A stretch of DNA of 64,000 nt from an uncultured delta proteobacterium (GCA_963775425.1 CAVZJB010000006.1:128001-192000), one strand, 5' to 3'; shown: positions 1 to 11,643, counted from the stretch's first letter. Made by a program: numbers and translations. Notes: generated from the letters alone by a model not told the origin.

Positions 1-1939
<1,939 letters not shown>

Positions 1940-1953
1940 ACCGCGGCCGCGCC

Positions 1954-2013
1954 CGATCCAAGCGGCGATCCAAGCGGCGATCCAAGCGGCGATCCAAGCG
2001 GCGATCCAGGCGG
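1954..2013. repeat. 12-bp tandem repeat CGATCCAAGCGG x5 (last copy has 1 mismatch) between convergent genes
   Basis: Read directly from sequence. Confidence 0.95.
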
Positions 2014-2038
2014 GCGCGAGCCCCCTAAACCGACGGCG

Positions 2039-2482
2039 TCACTCGACGGTGATCGGGACGGTCACGCGATCCGTCATGCGCTGGCACCAGGCGTCGGTGC
2101 AGATGAAGAAGCTCACCTTGGCGTCGATGGACGCCGCGCCCGCCTTGCCCGCGCGGAACGTGGTGCGCACCTCGGGGGCGGCGCTCTTCTTGTCGACGAT
2201 ATCGCCGCGGCTGAGCTTCGGCTTTTGCGGCGTCACGCCCTTGGCGTTTTCGAACACGACGTCGAGGGGCGCCTCCGGGTGGATCTTCTTGCCGTTCTTC
2301 GGCCGGATGACGAGGTCGAACTTGCCGGTGGCGCCGGCCTTGACCGTGGTGTCCGTGCCGCTGAGGTCGAGGGTGTAGTCGTCCTTGGTGGCCTTCTCTT
2401 CGGCGGCGGGCGCGGCGTTCACGGGGCCGGCGGCGGCGAGGGGCGCGGCGGCGAGGGCGAGGGCGAGGGCGATGCGGTTCAT
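2039..2482 (-). CDS. Secreted hypothetical protein, DsbD N-terminal-like Ig fold with C-x4-C
   Basis: Signal peptide MNRIALALALAAAPLAAA, GAGGAG RBS, KIHPEAP and FFICTDAWC motifs. Confidence 0.7.
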   Translation of the reverse strand: MNRIALALALAAAPLAAAGPVNAAPAAEEKATKDDYTLDLSGTDTTVKAGATGKFDLVIRPKNGKKIHPEAPLDVVFENAKGVTPQKPKLSRGDIVDKKSAAPEVRTTFRAGKAGAASIDAKVSFFICTDAWCQRMTDRVTVPITVE

Positions 2483-2538
2483 GGAGCTCCTCACGGTTCG
2501 GACGCGCAGGCGCCCGGTTTGATTCAAAGGCGGTCGCC

Positions 2539-3559
2539 TCATTCGAGGGCGGCGCCGAGCCTCTCGATGAGCGCCCGGGCGTCCGGTGTCAGGGCTTTCG
2601 GCACGCGCAACTGGACGGTGACGAGGACGTCGCCGGCCTTGTCACCGCCGAGCCGCGGCATGCCGCGGCCGCGGATGCGGAACACCTGCCCCCCCTGCGT
2701 GCCGGCGGGGATGGTCATGACCGCGCTGCCGTCGGGGAGGGGGACCTCGGCGCGCCCGCCGAGCAAGGCGTCCTTGATGCCGATGCGCAGCGTGGTCTTC
2801 AGAATCGGCGCCGCTGCGCTCGAAGCGCGCGTCGCCGCCGACGTCGACGACGACGTAGAGGTCGCCGGGCGCGCCGCCGTTCTTCCCCGCTTCGCCGCGG
2901 CCCTTCAGGCGGAGCTTGGTGCCGGTGTCGACGCCGGCGGGCACCGTGACCTTGAGGCGCTCCTTCTCGCGGCGCGTGCCCTCGCCCGCGCACGCCTTGC
3001 ACGTGTAGCGGCGGATGGTGCCGAGGCCGTCGCAGCGCGGGCAGGTGCGCTTGAGCGGGAACGTGCCCCCTTTGGTGCCCGTGCCGTCGCACGCCGGGCA
3101 GGTCTCCGGGGGCTTGTCCTTCGGGTAGCCCTTGCCGTCGCAGGTGGCGCAGGGGCGGCCGAGCTCCATCTCGAGCATCTTGTCGCAGCCCGTCGCGGCC
3201 TCGGTGAGCGTGATGTCGAGGGTGTGCTCGACGTCGACGCCGGGCTCCGGCCCGGCGTTGCGCTTCTGGTTCCTGCGCAGCACCTCGCTGAACGCGTCGG
3301 CGAAGCCGGCGAACGGCGGGTCCGGCGCCGACGACGACGACGGCGCGCCGAACAGGTCGTAGCTCCGGCGCCGCTTGGGATCCGAGAGGACGTCGTAGGC
3401 CTCGGTGATGAGCTTGAAGCGCTCCGTGGACTTCGGGTCGTCGCCGGTGACGTCCGGGTGGAGCTGGCGCGCGAGCTTGCGGTAGGCGCGCTTGATCTCG
3501 GCTTCGCTGGCTCCCTTGGGGACGCCGAGGGTGCGGTAGTAATCACGGACGGCAGCCAC
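2539..3559 (-). CDS. dnaJ: DnaJ-family chaperone (J domain, CxxCxGxG Zn fingers, C-terminal domains) with a 1-nt frameshift at ~2803
   Basis: DYY..LGV, HPD motif, four CxxCxGxG repeats; removing one base in GAT-T-CTG restores GADLKTTLRIGIKDALLGG and joins ORF 2539-2766 (PAGTQGG..FRIRGRGMP..GDVLV). Confidence 0.85.
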
Positions 3560-3621
3560 GGCGGAAACGTAAGGCAGGCGACGTCGACGCGCCACCCCCG
3601 GCCGTGACATGTTGGGCGCCG

Positions 3622-4614
3622 ATGACCGACGGTTGGGACGAGCGCACCGAGGCGATCCCGGGCCACAAGGGCGACAAGTCCTTCGAGCTCGAGCTCGACT
3701 TCGACGAGGACGTCGAGCTCGAGGAGACGCAGGCGCTGCAACGCCCGACCGTCGTCGTCTTCGAGCCCGCCCCCATCGGGCTCGCCCACGCGCTCTCGGT
3801 CCTCGGGTACTCGGTGCAAAAGGGCGTCACCGGCGTCGACGTCATGGGCCTCGTGGCGTCGCAGGCGCCGGCCGTCGTCGTGTGCGCGCCGGCGCCCGAC
3901 CCGGAGCGGCGGCGCCTGCTGGCAGCCGCGCTGCGCCTGCGCTTTCCGGGGCTGCCCGTGATCTACGTGTCCACGCACGCGCGGCAGGAGGAGGCCGTCG
4001 TCGGCGCCGTGCGCGAGGGCGCGCGCGCGGTCATCGCGTGGCCGCTGCCGGCGTCCGAGGACGTCGCCCGCGTCCTCGGCCCGTACGTGCAGGCGGACGG
4101 CGCGCTCGCCGTCGACGAGGACGCGATGGTCACGCCGCCGCGACCGCTCACCCGCCCCCGGGACCTGCGCCGCCCGCCGCCCCGCGGCGCCGGCACGCTC
4201 GTGGAAAAGACCGCGCCGGCGTCGTCCGAGGACGCTTCGTTCGAAGACGTGGCCACCCAGGTGACCTCGCCGCCACCGCCGCCGGAGCTGCCGGCGAGCG
4301 CGCTCAGGCCGATGCCGGTGTCCCTCCCGTCCAACCGCAACCTGCTGTTGGGCTCCGACGAGCCCAACACCCAGCCGAACCTGCGCCCAGCCGCCGTCGT
4401 CGCCGAGGAGGCCGCCGCCGACAAGCGCGGCGAGATCGGCCAGCTCCTCGCGGCGGTCTCGCCGTTTTTGTGGTCCCTCGAGGACGCCGCGCGCTGGGCC
4501 GAGGGCCTCGCCGACGCCGGCGACTCCGCCGCACGGAACCACGCGCGCGCGATGCACCTGCTGGCCAAGATCCTCGCCCAGCTCCAGGCCCGCATCGACG
4601 AGACCGGCGCCTAG
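3622..4614 (+). CDS. Hypothetical protein with degenerate (pseudo-)receiver domain and helical C-terminus
   Basis: REC-like pattern VVVFE..LSVLGYSV..PAVVVC..LPVIYVST..AVREGARAVIAWP lacking the phospho-Asp and conserved Lys. Confidence 0.6.
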   Translation: MTDGWDERTEAIPGHKGDKSFELELDFDEDVELEETQALQRPTVVVFEPAPIGLAHALSVLGYSVQKGVTGVDVMGLVASQAPAVVVCAPAPDPERRRLLAAALRLRFPGLPVIYVSTHARQEEAVVGAVREGARAVIAWPLPASEDVARVLGPYVQADGALAVDEDAMVTPPRPLTRPRDLRRPPPRGAGTLVEKTAPASSEDASFEDVATQVTSPPPPPELPASALRPMPVSLPSNRNLLLGSDEPNTQPNLRPAAVVAEEAAADKRGEIGQLLAAVSPFLWSLEDAARWAEGLADAGDSAARNHARAMHLLAKILAQLQARIDETGA

Positions 4615-6090
4615 CTACAGCACGACCTTCTGCCAGCCGCCGGACCAGAACTTGATCCCGGTGGCCGTCAGCAAGGCCGCGGCGTAGCAGGCGGTGGCGT
4701 ACCAGCAGCCGATGAGGCCCTGGTCGAGGACGATGGCGAAGACGTACGCGAGCGGGACGAGACACGTGAAGTGCAGCGTGAACTCGACCACCATGACGAA
4801 GCGCGACTTGCCGGCGCCGTAGAGCGCCTGTGTCAACACGAGGGCGCCGGCGGCGAGGGGGGCGATGACGCCGCAGAAGCGCAGGCTGCGGGTGGCGATG
4901 ACGATGACGGCGTCCTTGAGCGCCTCGTTGCGCGTGGCGTCGGCGGGCATGAACAGGCGCAGCACAGGCTCGGGGAACAGCGACAACAGCACGCCGACGC
5001 CGGACATGACGAGCACGATGACCAGGACGCTCTGCCACCCGTAGCGCGCGGCGAGGCCCGGCTTCTTGGCGCCGAGCGACTGTGACACCAGCGTGGCCGT
5101 CGACGTGCCGAACGCGATGCACGTCATGAAGATCACCATGGTGACGCTGATGATGAGCTGTGTCGCCGACGTGTTCACGCCCGCGAGGTGCTCGCGCGCG
5201 TCGATCTGCCCCACGATGCCGTAGAACAGCAGGAAGCCCGTCATCACGAAGGTGGTCGCGCAGCCCGAGAAGAACGACAGGCGCGCGACGGTTCGCGCGA
5301 TCTCTCCGTCGAGGTTCTTCATGCGAAAGACGCGGAACTGCCGGCGGTCTTCGGCGCGCAGCGCCCACATGAGCATCATGATCGTGCCCGCGGAGCTCGC
5401 GATGACCGCGGCCCAGGCGGCGCCGACGACCTCGAGGCGCGGCGCGCCGAGGTGGCCGAACACGAACACCCAGCACAAAAGCGCGTTCAGGATGTTCATC
5501 AGGATGGCGACGGTCATGTGCACGCGCACCCGGCCGATGCCGTCGTAGAAGCTCTTCATCGACGTGATGAGCACGAGCGGGATGATGCCGAGCAGGCGGA
5601 CCCGGCAAAACGACACGCCCAGCTCGCGCACCTCTTCGTCCGCGGAGAGGTGCTTGATGATCATGGGACACACGGCCAGCGCCACCGCGGTCACCAGCAC
5701 CGACGAGATGGTCGCGAGCGCGAGCGAGTTGCTGAGGACGCGGCCCGCGCCGGTGACGTCGCCGCCGCCGTAGCGGCGCGCGGTGAGCGCCTGCGTGCCG
5801 ACGGCGATGGCGGAGAGGAAGCCGCCGAAGCCCCAGTAGATGATGATGGAGAAGCCGAGCGCGGCGGTGCCGGCGACGGCGGTGCGCTCCGGCAGCCTGC
5901 CGACGAAGATGGTGTCCACCTGGTTGATCGCGGTCTGCGTGAGCATGCCGATGATGACCGGCAGCCCGAGGGCGATGATGCGCTTGAGGAGCACCGGCTC
6001 GAAAAAGAGCACCCGTGCTGTGAGGCCGGGATCGCTCACCAGCGTCGACGGAACGGTGCCTACGAGGGCGGTTGTCGACGGTTGCTCCAC
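4615..6090 (-). CDS. MATE family efflux transporter
   Basis: About 12 TM segments; LGLPVIIGML..VDTIFVGRL, FGHLGAPRLEVVGAAWA, ATLVSQSLGA motifs. Confidence 0.93.
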   Translation of the reverse strand: MEQPSTTALVGTVPSTLVSDPGLTARVLFFEPVLLKRIIALGLPVIIGMLTQTAINQVDTIFVGRLPERTAVAGTAALGFSIIIYWGFGGFLSAIAVGTQALTARRYGGGDVTGAGRVLSNSLALATISSVLVTAVALAVCPMIIKHLSADEEVRELGVSFCRVRLLGIIPLVLITSMKSFYDGIGRVRVHMTVAILMNILNALLCWVFVFGHLGAPRLEVVGAAWAAVIASSAGTIMMLMWALRAEDRRQFRVFRMKNLDGEIARTVARLSFFSGCATTFVMTGFLLFYGIVGQIDAREHLAGVNTSATQLIISVTMVIFMTCIAFGTSTATLVSQSLGAKKPGLAARYGWQSVLVIVLVMSGVGVLLSLFPEPVLRLFMPADATRNEALKDAVIVIATRSLRFCGVIAPLAAGALVLTQALYGAGKSRFVMVVEFTLHFTCLVPLAYVFAIVLDQGLIGCWYATACYAAALLTATGIKFWSGGWQKVVL

Positions 6091-6250
6091 GCGTCCGCTG
6101 TCCTATCCGACGGGTCGCCGGCCGGCAAGCAGCGCGGCGGAGCGGAATGAACAACAGCGACGGAGGTTTATCGCCGCGCACGGATTTTTTCCGGTTGCGG
6201 TGTGGAGGAATCTGGCCGTACGGTGCCCGCGCAAGATCAGGGGTTTGTCG

Positions 6251-6994
6251 ATGTCGCATGCCTGCCGGTTGGCCGCTCTCGCCCTCGCCCTCTCCCTCGG
6301 TGGCGCCTTCCTGGCCGCCTGTCCCGGGCCGGAGTACCCGAAGTGCGAAAAGGACGACCAGTGCAAGAAGAACAAGGACGGCAAGGCCATCAACGAGTAC
6401 TGCCTGTTCGGCAAGTGCCAGCAGTGCGCGAAGGACTCGCACTGCGCCGCCGGTGAGCGCTGCAACAAGGGGCGCTGCGAGAAGGCGTGCACGGCGGACA
6501 CCCAGTGCGGCGCCGGTCAGATCTGCGAGGAGGCCGCGTGTGTCCCGGCCCAGTGCGGACCCTCCAAGCCCTGTGGCGGCGGCATGAGCTGCGACGCGGG
6601 CCGCTGCAAGGCGCCGACGACGACGCCGACGACGACGACGGACACCGGCACGGCGGTCGACTGCCAGAAGAAGCAGACGGTGCACTTCGACTTCAACATG
6701 TCGGATCTGCAGCCCCAGGCCCGCGAGGTCCTCGACACGTTCGCCAAGTGCATGCAGAAGAACGCGGACTGGAAGCTCACCATCGAGGGCCACTGCGACG
6801 AGCGCGGCACCACGGACTACAACCTCGCCCTCGGAGAGCGCCGCGCGAGCTCCGTGAAGGACTACATGGCGCGCCTGGGCGTCGAGAAGTCGCGCATCAA
6901 GACCATCTCCTACGGCGAGGAGAAGCCCCTCGATCCGGCGTCCACCGAGGCGGCGTGGGCGAAGAACAGGCGCGCCGAGCTGGTGGTGCAGTGA
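6251..6994 (+). CDS. pal: Peptidoglycan-associated lipoprotein (Pal/OmpA C-terminal domain) with Cys-rich N-terminal repeats
   Basis: Lipobox LAAC; VHFDFN, IEGHCDERGTTDYNLALGERRA, SYGEEKP, KNRRAE; coupled to a cpoB-like gene. Confidence 0.88.
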   Translation: MSHACRLAALALALSLGGAFLAACPGPEYPKCEKDDQCKKNKDGKAINEYCLFGKCQQCAKDSHCAAGERCNKGRCEKACTADTQCGAGQICEEAACVPAQCGPSKPCGGGMSCDAGRCKAPTTTPTTTTDTGTAVDCQKKQTVHFDFNMSDLQPQAREVLDTFAKCMQKNADWKLTIEGHCDERGTTDYNLALGERRASSVKDYMARLGVEKSRIKTISYGEEKPLDPASTEAAWAKNRRAELVVQ

Positions 6995-7878
6995 CCCGTC
7001 TTTGGCGCGTGTGCTGCGCGGCGGCTGCGTCGGCGGCGATCGTCGCCGGGGGCTGCGTGACGACGAGGGCGGAGGGCGAGACCCTCAAGCGCGACATCGC
7101 CGCGCTCAAGAGCCAGGTCGCCGCGGTGCAGCGCCAGGAGTCGGACGCAAAGACCAAGGATCGCGCGCAGCTCGACGAGCTCGACAAGCGCGTCGCCGCG
7201 CTCGAGCAGACGCTGTCCACGCTCAGGCAGGCCGACGCCGACACCGGTGTGCAGCTCGACAAGGTGGTCGCCGAGGTGCAGTCCCTGCGCGGCGACGTCG
7301 AGACCGCCAAGCACGGCCTCGAGGAGACGACGGCGTCGGTGCAGAGCATCCTCGCGCACCCGCCGGTGGCGGTGGCCGCGGGCGGTGCCACGGCGCCCAA
7401 GGAGGCCGACCCGAACAAGCCGGTGACCATCGCCGGCCAGGAAGTGCCCGCGGACGCCAAGGCGCACTACGACTTCGCGAAGAAGCTCTACGACGAAAAG
7501 AAGTTCCAGGACGCCGCCGACGCGTTCGACCTCTTCCTGCGCCGCCACAGCGCGGACGCGCCCGACTTCAAGACCAACGCCGCCTACTGGAAGGCCGACA
7601 GCACCTACCAGCTCGCGGACTCGTTGAAGGATCCCGAGGCCAAGAAGAAGGCGCTCAAGCAGGCCATCCTCGCGTACCAGACGGTGCTCGAGGACCCGAA
7701 GAGCAAGAAGGCCGACGTCGCCCTCTACAAGGTGGGCCAGGCCTTCGAGGACCTCGAGTTCAAGGACGAGGCCGGCACGTTCTACGAGGAGCTCTTGAAG
7801 AAGTACCCCAAGAGCATCTACGCCAAGGACGCCAAGTCCCGGCTGCGCAAGCTCAAGCGCTCCCGCCACCACCGCTGA
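6991..7878 (+). CDS. cpoB: CpoB/YbgF-like coiled-coil plus TPR lipoprotein
   Basis: GTGA overlap with pal, lipobox AGGC, coiled coil, TPR motifs NAAYWKAD, ALYKVGQAF, LLKKYPKS. Confidence 0.8.
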   Translation: MTRLWRVCCAAAASAAIVAGGCVTTRAEGETLKRDIAALKSQVAAVQRQESDAKTKDRAQLDELDKRVAALEQTLSTLRQADADTGVQLDKVVAEVQSLRGDVETAKHGLEETTASVQSILAHPPVAVAAGGATAPKEADPNKPVTIAGQEVPADAKAHYDFAKKLYDEKKFQDAADAFDLFLRRHSADAPDFKTNAAYWKADSTYQLADSLKDPEAKKKALKQAILAYQTVLEDPKSKKADVALYKVGQAFEDLEFKDEAGTFYEELLKKYPKSIYAKDAKSRLRKLKRSRHHR

Positions 7879-7946
7879 TCAAGCGCGGCCGCTCCCTCCG
7901 GTCGCTGATCAAGCGCGGCCGCTCCCTCCGGTCGCTGATCAAGCGC
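7873..7946. repeat. 30-bp tandem repeat CGCTGATCAAGCGCGGCCGCTCCCTCCGGT x2.5 between convergent genes
   Basis: Read directly; each unit carries a CGCT-gatca-AGCG mini-hairpin and a GCGGCCGC palindrome. Confidence 0.95.
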
Positions 7947-7954
7947 AGAGCGGG

Positions 7955-10900
7955 TCAGCGCACGAGGACGTTGCCGCGGGCGCCGGTGGGGCCGGTGTTG
8001 CCCGCGGAGCTGCCGCCGGTGCCGGCGTTGCCGAGGACGAAGGTGTTGCCCACCTGCGTGACCGAGGAGCCCCCGACGGACGCGATGCCCCCCGACGGGC
8101 CGCCCGCGCCGCCGCCGCCGTGGCCGCCGCGCCCGCCGTGGCCGCCGTTGCCGCCGCGGGCGCCGTTGCTGCCGTCGTCCTGCTCGCCGCTGCCGCCGTA
8201 GTCGTTGCCGGCGTTGTCGCTGCCGTTCAGGTGCCGGCCCCCGCCGCGCCCGCCTGCGCCGCCGTCCTGCCCGGTGCCGCCCTGGCCGCCGTTGCCGCCG
8301 CCGCCGGTGTTGAGCGTCGACGACGTCACCGTCACCGTCGACGCGAACGCGTAGATGGCGATGCTCGCGCCGCCCGAGCGCCCGCCGCCGCCGTGGACGC
8401 CGCCGCAGCCGCCGGCACCGCCGCCGCCGCCGGCGCCGCCGTAGGAGTCACAGTCGGTCTCGCCGCCCCCGCCGCCGCCGCCGCCGCCTCCGCCTCCGCC
8501 CGCGCCGCCGTCGGTGCCGTTGTGTCCATCCGTGGGAGCGTAGCCGCCGGCGCCGAAGCCGGCCGCGCCCGGCAGGCCGTCGGTGCCCCCCGTTCCGCCG
8601 CCGCCGTCGTGGCCGCACACCTGTAACGACGTCCCCGTGCACGCGCCGGCGTACGAGGCGTTGGACTGGTGCGCCGTCACGCCCTTGCCGCCCGCGCCGC
8701 CGGCGGCGGAGCCCTGGGCGCCGGTGTTGCCGGACTTGCCGGCGCGGCCGCCGTCGCCGCCCGCGTGGCCCGTGCACTGCGGGTTGTCGACGCCGGCGCC
8801 GCCGACGGGCTGGGAGCACGTGTTGCACAAGAACGTGGAGTCCTCGCACCCCTGTTGGCCCTTCTTGCCGTCGGGGCCGGGGGCCGCCGGCGTGCCGCCG
8901 CCGCCCGCGCCGCTCGCGCCGTTGCCGCCGCGGCCGGCGGTGATGGTGGACGAGCGCACCTCGATGGTCGACGACGTGGCGAACAAGCCGTAGGCGCTGC
9001 CGTCGCCGGGAGCGCTCTGTCCGACGAGCTCCACGCGATCGAGGACCACGCCGCCGATGTTGTCGGCGCGCGCGGCCATGGCGCTGTTGACCTGGATGAC
9101 GGCGACGTCACCGTCGTCGCGCTGCCAGTCCGCGCTCGAGTAGCCGCCGAACAGCGACACGCCGTCGGCGAGCGAGAGCGTGCTCGACAGCGTGTAGCTG
9201 CCGCCCGCGACGTACACGTCGAGGCCGCCGAGCGCCGCACGCGCCACCGCGGTGTCGATGTTGCGCAGCGGCGCGTCCGGGGTGCCGGCGTTGCCGTCGT
9301 TGCCGTTGGTGGCGACGAAGACGGCGCCGCCGATGGAGCCGTCGATGCCGTCGCAGTCCTGGTCGGTGAAGGGGGCCGAGGCCTCGGGCAGGTCGGGCCC
9401 GGGGACGACGGTGCACGCGTACTCGCAGCCGTCGGTGCCCGCGGTGCCGAGGTCGCCGTCGAGGTCGACGAAGCCGCCGGCGCAGCTATAGGTGCACTGC
9501 GCGCCGTTTTGCACGACGGTGGTGCCAAAGATGGGGTCGCAGACGTGGCCGGCGCCGACGAGCGAGACCGCCGCCTGCGGCGTGGCGCCGTCGTTGGAGG
9601 CGATGGAGAGCGTGGCCGCCGCCGGCCCGGGGGCGCCGGCGCTGAACGTGACGTCGACGAACAACGACGGGCCGCCGAGCGCCACCGCCGCCGGCAGCGG
9701 CGTGCGCGGCACCGCCGTGAACGACCCGGGCGGGTTGATGGTGAGCCCGGTGACGACGAGGGAGCCGAAGCCGTTGTTGCGGATCTCGAGCGGCAGCGTC
9801 TTTTGCGTGCCGACGTCGATGGTGCCGAAGTCGAGCGCGCTCGCGGGCAGGGCGATCACGGGCTGGATGCCCTGACCGGTGAGATCGACGTCGACGGAGG
9901 GCACGTCGGGGTCGTCGGTGTCGACGCGCAGGGTGGCGGCGTCGACGGCGCCGGTGGGGGCGGGCGGCGCGGTGTAGGTGACGTTCACCGAGAGGTTGGG
10001 GGTGTCGTCGCCCGGGTTTTGGAGCGGGGCGACCTCGGCGGGGAGCGCCGGCAGCGCGAGGGAGAAGCGCGCCGCCGCCGGCCCGGTGACGGAGAGGCCG
10101 GTGACGTGCAGGCGCCCGGGGCCGCCGTTTTTCACGACGAGCGGCAGCGCGCGCCCCGTGCCGACGAACACGTCGCCGAACGCGAGTGTGTCGCCCACCT
10201 GCACGCTCGGCGCGAGCCGCGCCGTGGCCGACAGCGCCGCGGAGGCGACGTCGCCGGCGTCGGAGGCGACGCGCAGGGTGTCGGCGAAGACGTCCTCGGT
10301 CTGCGGCGTGACGGCGACGGTGACCGTAGCCTGGCCCTGGGGCACGAGGACGAGCGGCAGGGCCGGCGCGCTCTGCACGGTCCACGCGGCGGCGCTGGCG
10401 AGCGACACCGACGCCACCGTGACATCGGCGTCGCCCACGTTCTGGACGACGATGTCGCGTGACGACGTGCGGCCGACGAACGCGTTGTCGAAGGCGACGC
10501 TGCCGGGGGTGAGCAGGAGCGCGCCGCTGGTCCCCGTGCCGTGGAGGACGACGTCGTGCTGCACGAGGGCGCCGTCGTCGGCCAAGGTGCCGAGCGTGAA
10601 CGTGGCGGTCTGCGCGCCGCCCGCGGCGGGGGTGAAGGTGGCGTGGACGACGAAGCTGTCGAGGGGGGCGCCGTCGGCGCCGGTGCAGATGCCGCCGGTG
10701 CAGGCGTCGGCGCCGGCGGGGCAGTCGCCGACGCCGCCGGGACAAAAGCCGGTGAACGACGCGAGGAGCGCCGCGTTCGACGACAGGTCGGGGACCGTGA
10801 GCGAGAACGGGCCCGTCGCCGGCGTGAGCGTGGCGGAGGCGACGGTGAGGAGGGAGTCGGAGGCGCCGCGGTTGCGCACGAGGACGTCCACGGACTGCGA

Positions 10901-11590
10901 CGCGCCCACGGGCACCTGGCCGAGGTCGACGTCGGTGACGTCGGGGACGAGGGCGGCGGGATCGGTGGTGATGCTCGGGACGGGGATGCCCTTGAACTCG
11001 GCTCGCAAGGTGACGGACAGGAGGCCGCCCTCGCCGCTGTGGAGCACCTTGAGCTCGGAGACGTCCGGGACGCCGTCGTTGGGGACGTGGGTGAGGAGCA
11101 GGCCGAGCTCGTCCCCGGGCGCGAGGTCCTGTTGCAGGAAGCCGGAGGGCTCGACGCTGAAGGTGCCGGCGTCGTTGTCGTCGATGACGATCTGCAAGAC
11201 CGTGAGCGGCGCGTCGCCCGTGTTCTTGAGCGTGATGTTGCGCTCGACGGGAACGCCGAGGCGCTCGGCGCCGAACTCCACGTCGCCGGGCGGCAGCGCC
11301 TCGAGGACGCCGGCCGGCTCTCCTTCGCCCTCGCCCTCGCCTTCCCCTTCGCCTTCCCCTTCGCCGACGATGACGTCGTCGGGGGGCGCGCAGACGCCGG
11401 CGTTGCACAGCTCGCCGGCGCCGCAGTCGATGTCGAGGACGCACTCCGCCTTGGGCGGCGCCTGGGGAGGCTCGGTACAGCCGTCGCACGAGCCCGCGAG
11501 CGCCGCCGCGAGGAGCGCCGCGAGGAGCGCGAGCTGTTCCGACGTGCGCGTCGCGGAGACGGGCACGGAGCGGGCTCTGGTGGGTGCCAT
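7955..11590 (-). CDS. Large surface lipoprotein: Cys-rich segment, (GE)n linker, ~5 ASH/choice-of-anchor-D Ig domains, DUF1565-like domain, Gly-rich PGRS-like tail
   Basis: LAGSC lipobox; repeated xDFG..ITLKNTG..L.V..I motifs; DQDCDGID; FVATNGND..GT..APLRNI; GGxGG tail. Confidence 0.8.
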   Translation of the reverse strand: MAPTRARSVPVSATRTSEQLALLAALLAAALAGSCDGCTEPPQAPPKAECVLDIDCGAGELCNAGVCAPPDDVIVGEGEGEGEGEGEGEGEPAGVLEALPPGDVEFGAERLGVPVERNITLKNTGDAPLTVLQIVIDDNDAGTFSVEPSGFLQQDLAPGDELGLLLTHVPNDGVPDVSELKVLHSGEGGLLSVTLRAEFKGIPVPSITTDPAALVPDVTDVDLGQVPVGASQSVDVLVRNRGASDSLLTVASATLTPATGPFSLTVPDLSSNAALLASFTGFCPGGVGDCPAGADACTGGICTGADGAPLDSFVVHATFTPAAGGAQTATFTLGTLADDGALVQHDVVLHGTGTSGALLLTPGSVAFDNAFVGRTSSRDIVVQNVGDADVTVASVSLASAAAWTVQSAPALPLVLVPQGQATVTVAVTPQTEDVFADTLRVASDAGDVASAALSATARLAPSVQVGDTLAFGDVFVGTGRALPLVVKNGGPGRLHVTGLSVTGPAAARFSLALPALPAEVAPLQNPGDDTPNLSVNVTYTAPPAPTGAVDAATLRVDTDDPDVPSVDVDLTGQGIQPVIALPASALDFGTIDVGTQKTLPLEIRNNGFGSLVVTGLTINPPGSFTAVPRTPLPAAVALGGPSLFVDVTFSAGAPGPAAATLSIASNDGATPQAAVSLVGAGHVCDPIFGTTVVQNGAQCTYSCAGGFVDLDGDLGTAGTDGCEYACTVVPGPDLPEASAPFTDQDCDGIDGSIGGAVFVATNGNDGNAGTPDAPLRNIDTAVARAALGGLDVYVAGGSYTLSSTLSLADGVSLFGGYSSADWQRDDGDVAVIQVNSAMAARADNIGGVVLDRVELVGQSAPGDGSAYGLFATSSTIEVRSSTITAGRGGNGASGAGGGGTPAAPGPDGKKGQQGCEDSTFLCNTCSQPVGGAGVDNPQCTGHAGGDGGRAGKSGNTGAQGSAAGGAGGKGVTAHQSNASYAGACTGTSLQVCGHDGGGGTGGTDGLPGAAGFGAGGYAPTDGHNGTDGGAGGGGGGGGGGGGGETDCDSYGGAGGGGGAGGCGGVHGGGGRSGGASIAIYAFASTVTVTSSTLNTGGGGNGGQGGTGQDGGAGGRGGGRHLNGSDNAGNDYGGSGEQDDGSNGARGGNGGHGGRGGHGGGGAGGPSGGIASVGGSSVTQVGNTFVLGNAGTGGSSAGNTGPTGARGNVLVR

Positions 11591-11643
11591 GGGACCTCCG
11601 CCCCTGCAAGGCTAGCAGCCGCGTCGACGACGTCGACCCGGGA

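Noticed and set aside
2795-2810. Programmed frameshift or pseudogenisation of dnaJ
   Set aside because: No slippery sequence and both halves are intact; similar single-base indels at ~17450, ~17800, ~21573, ~21912 and ~35850 point to assembly error.
7873-7946. 30-bp repeats as a mini CRISPR array
   Set aside because: Units are contiguous with no unique spacers, and no cas genes are present.
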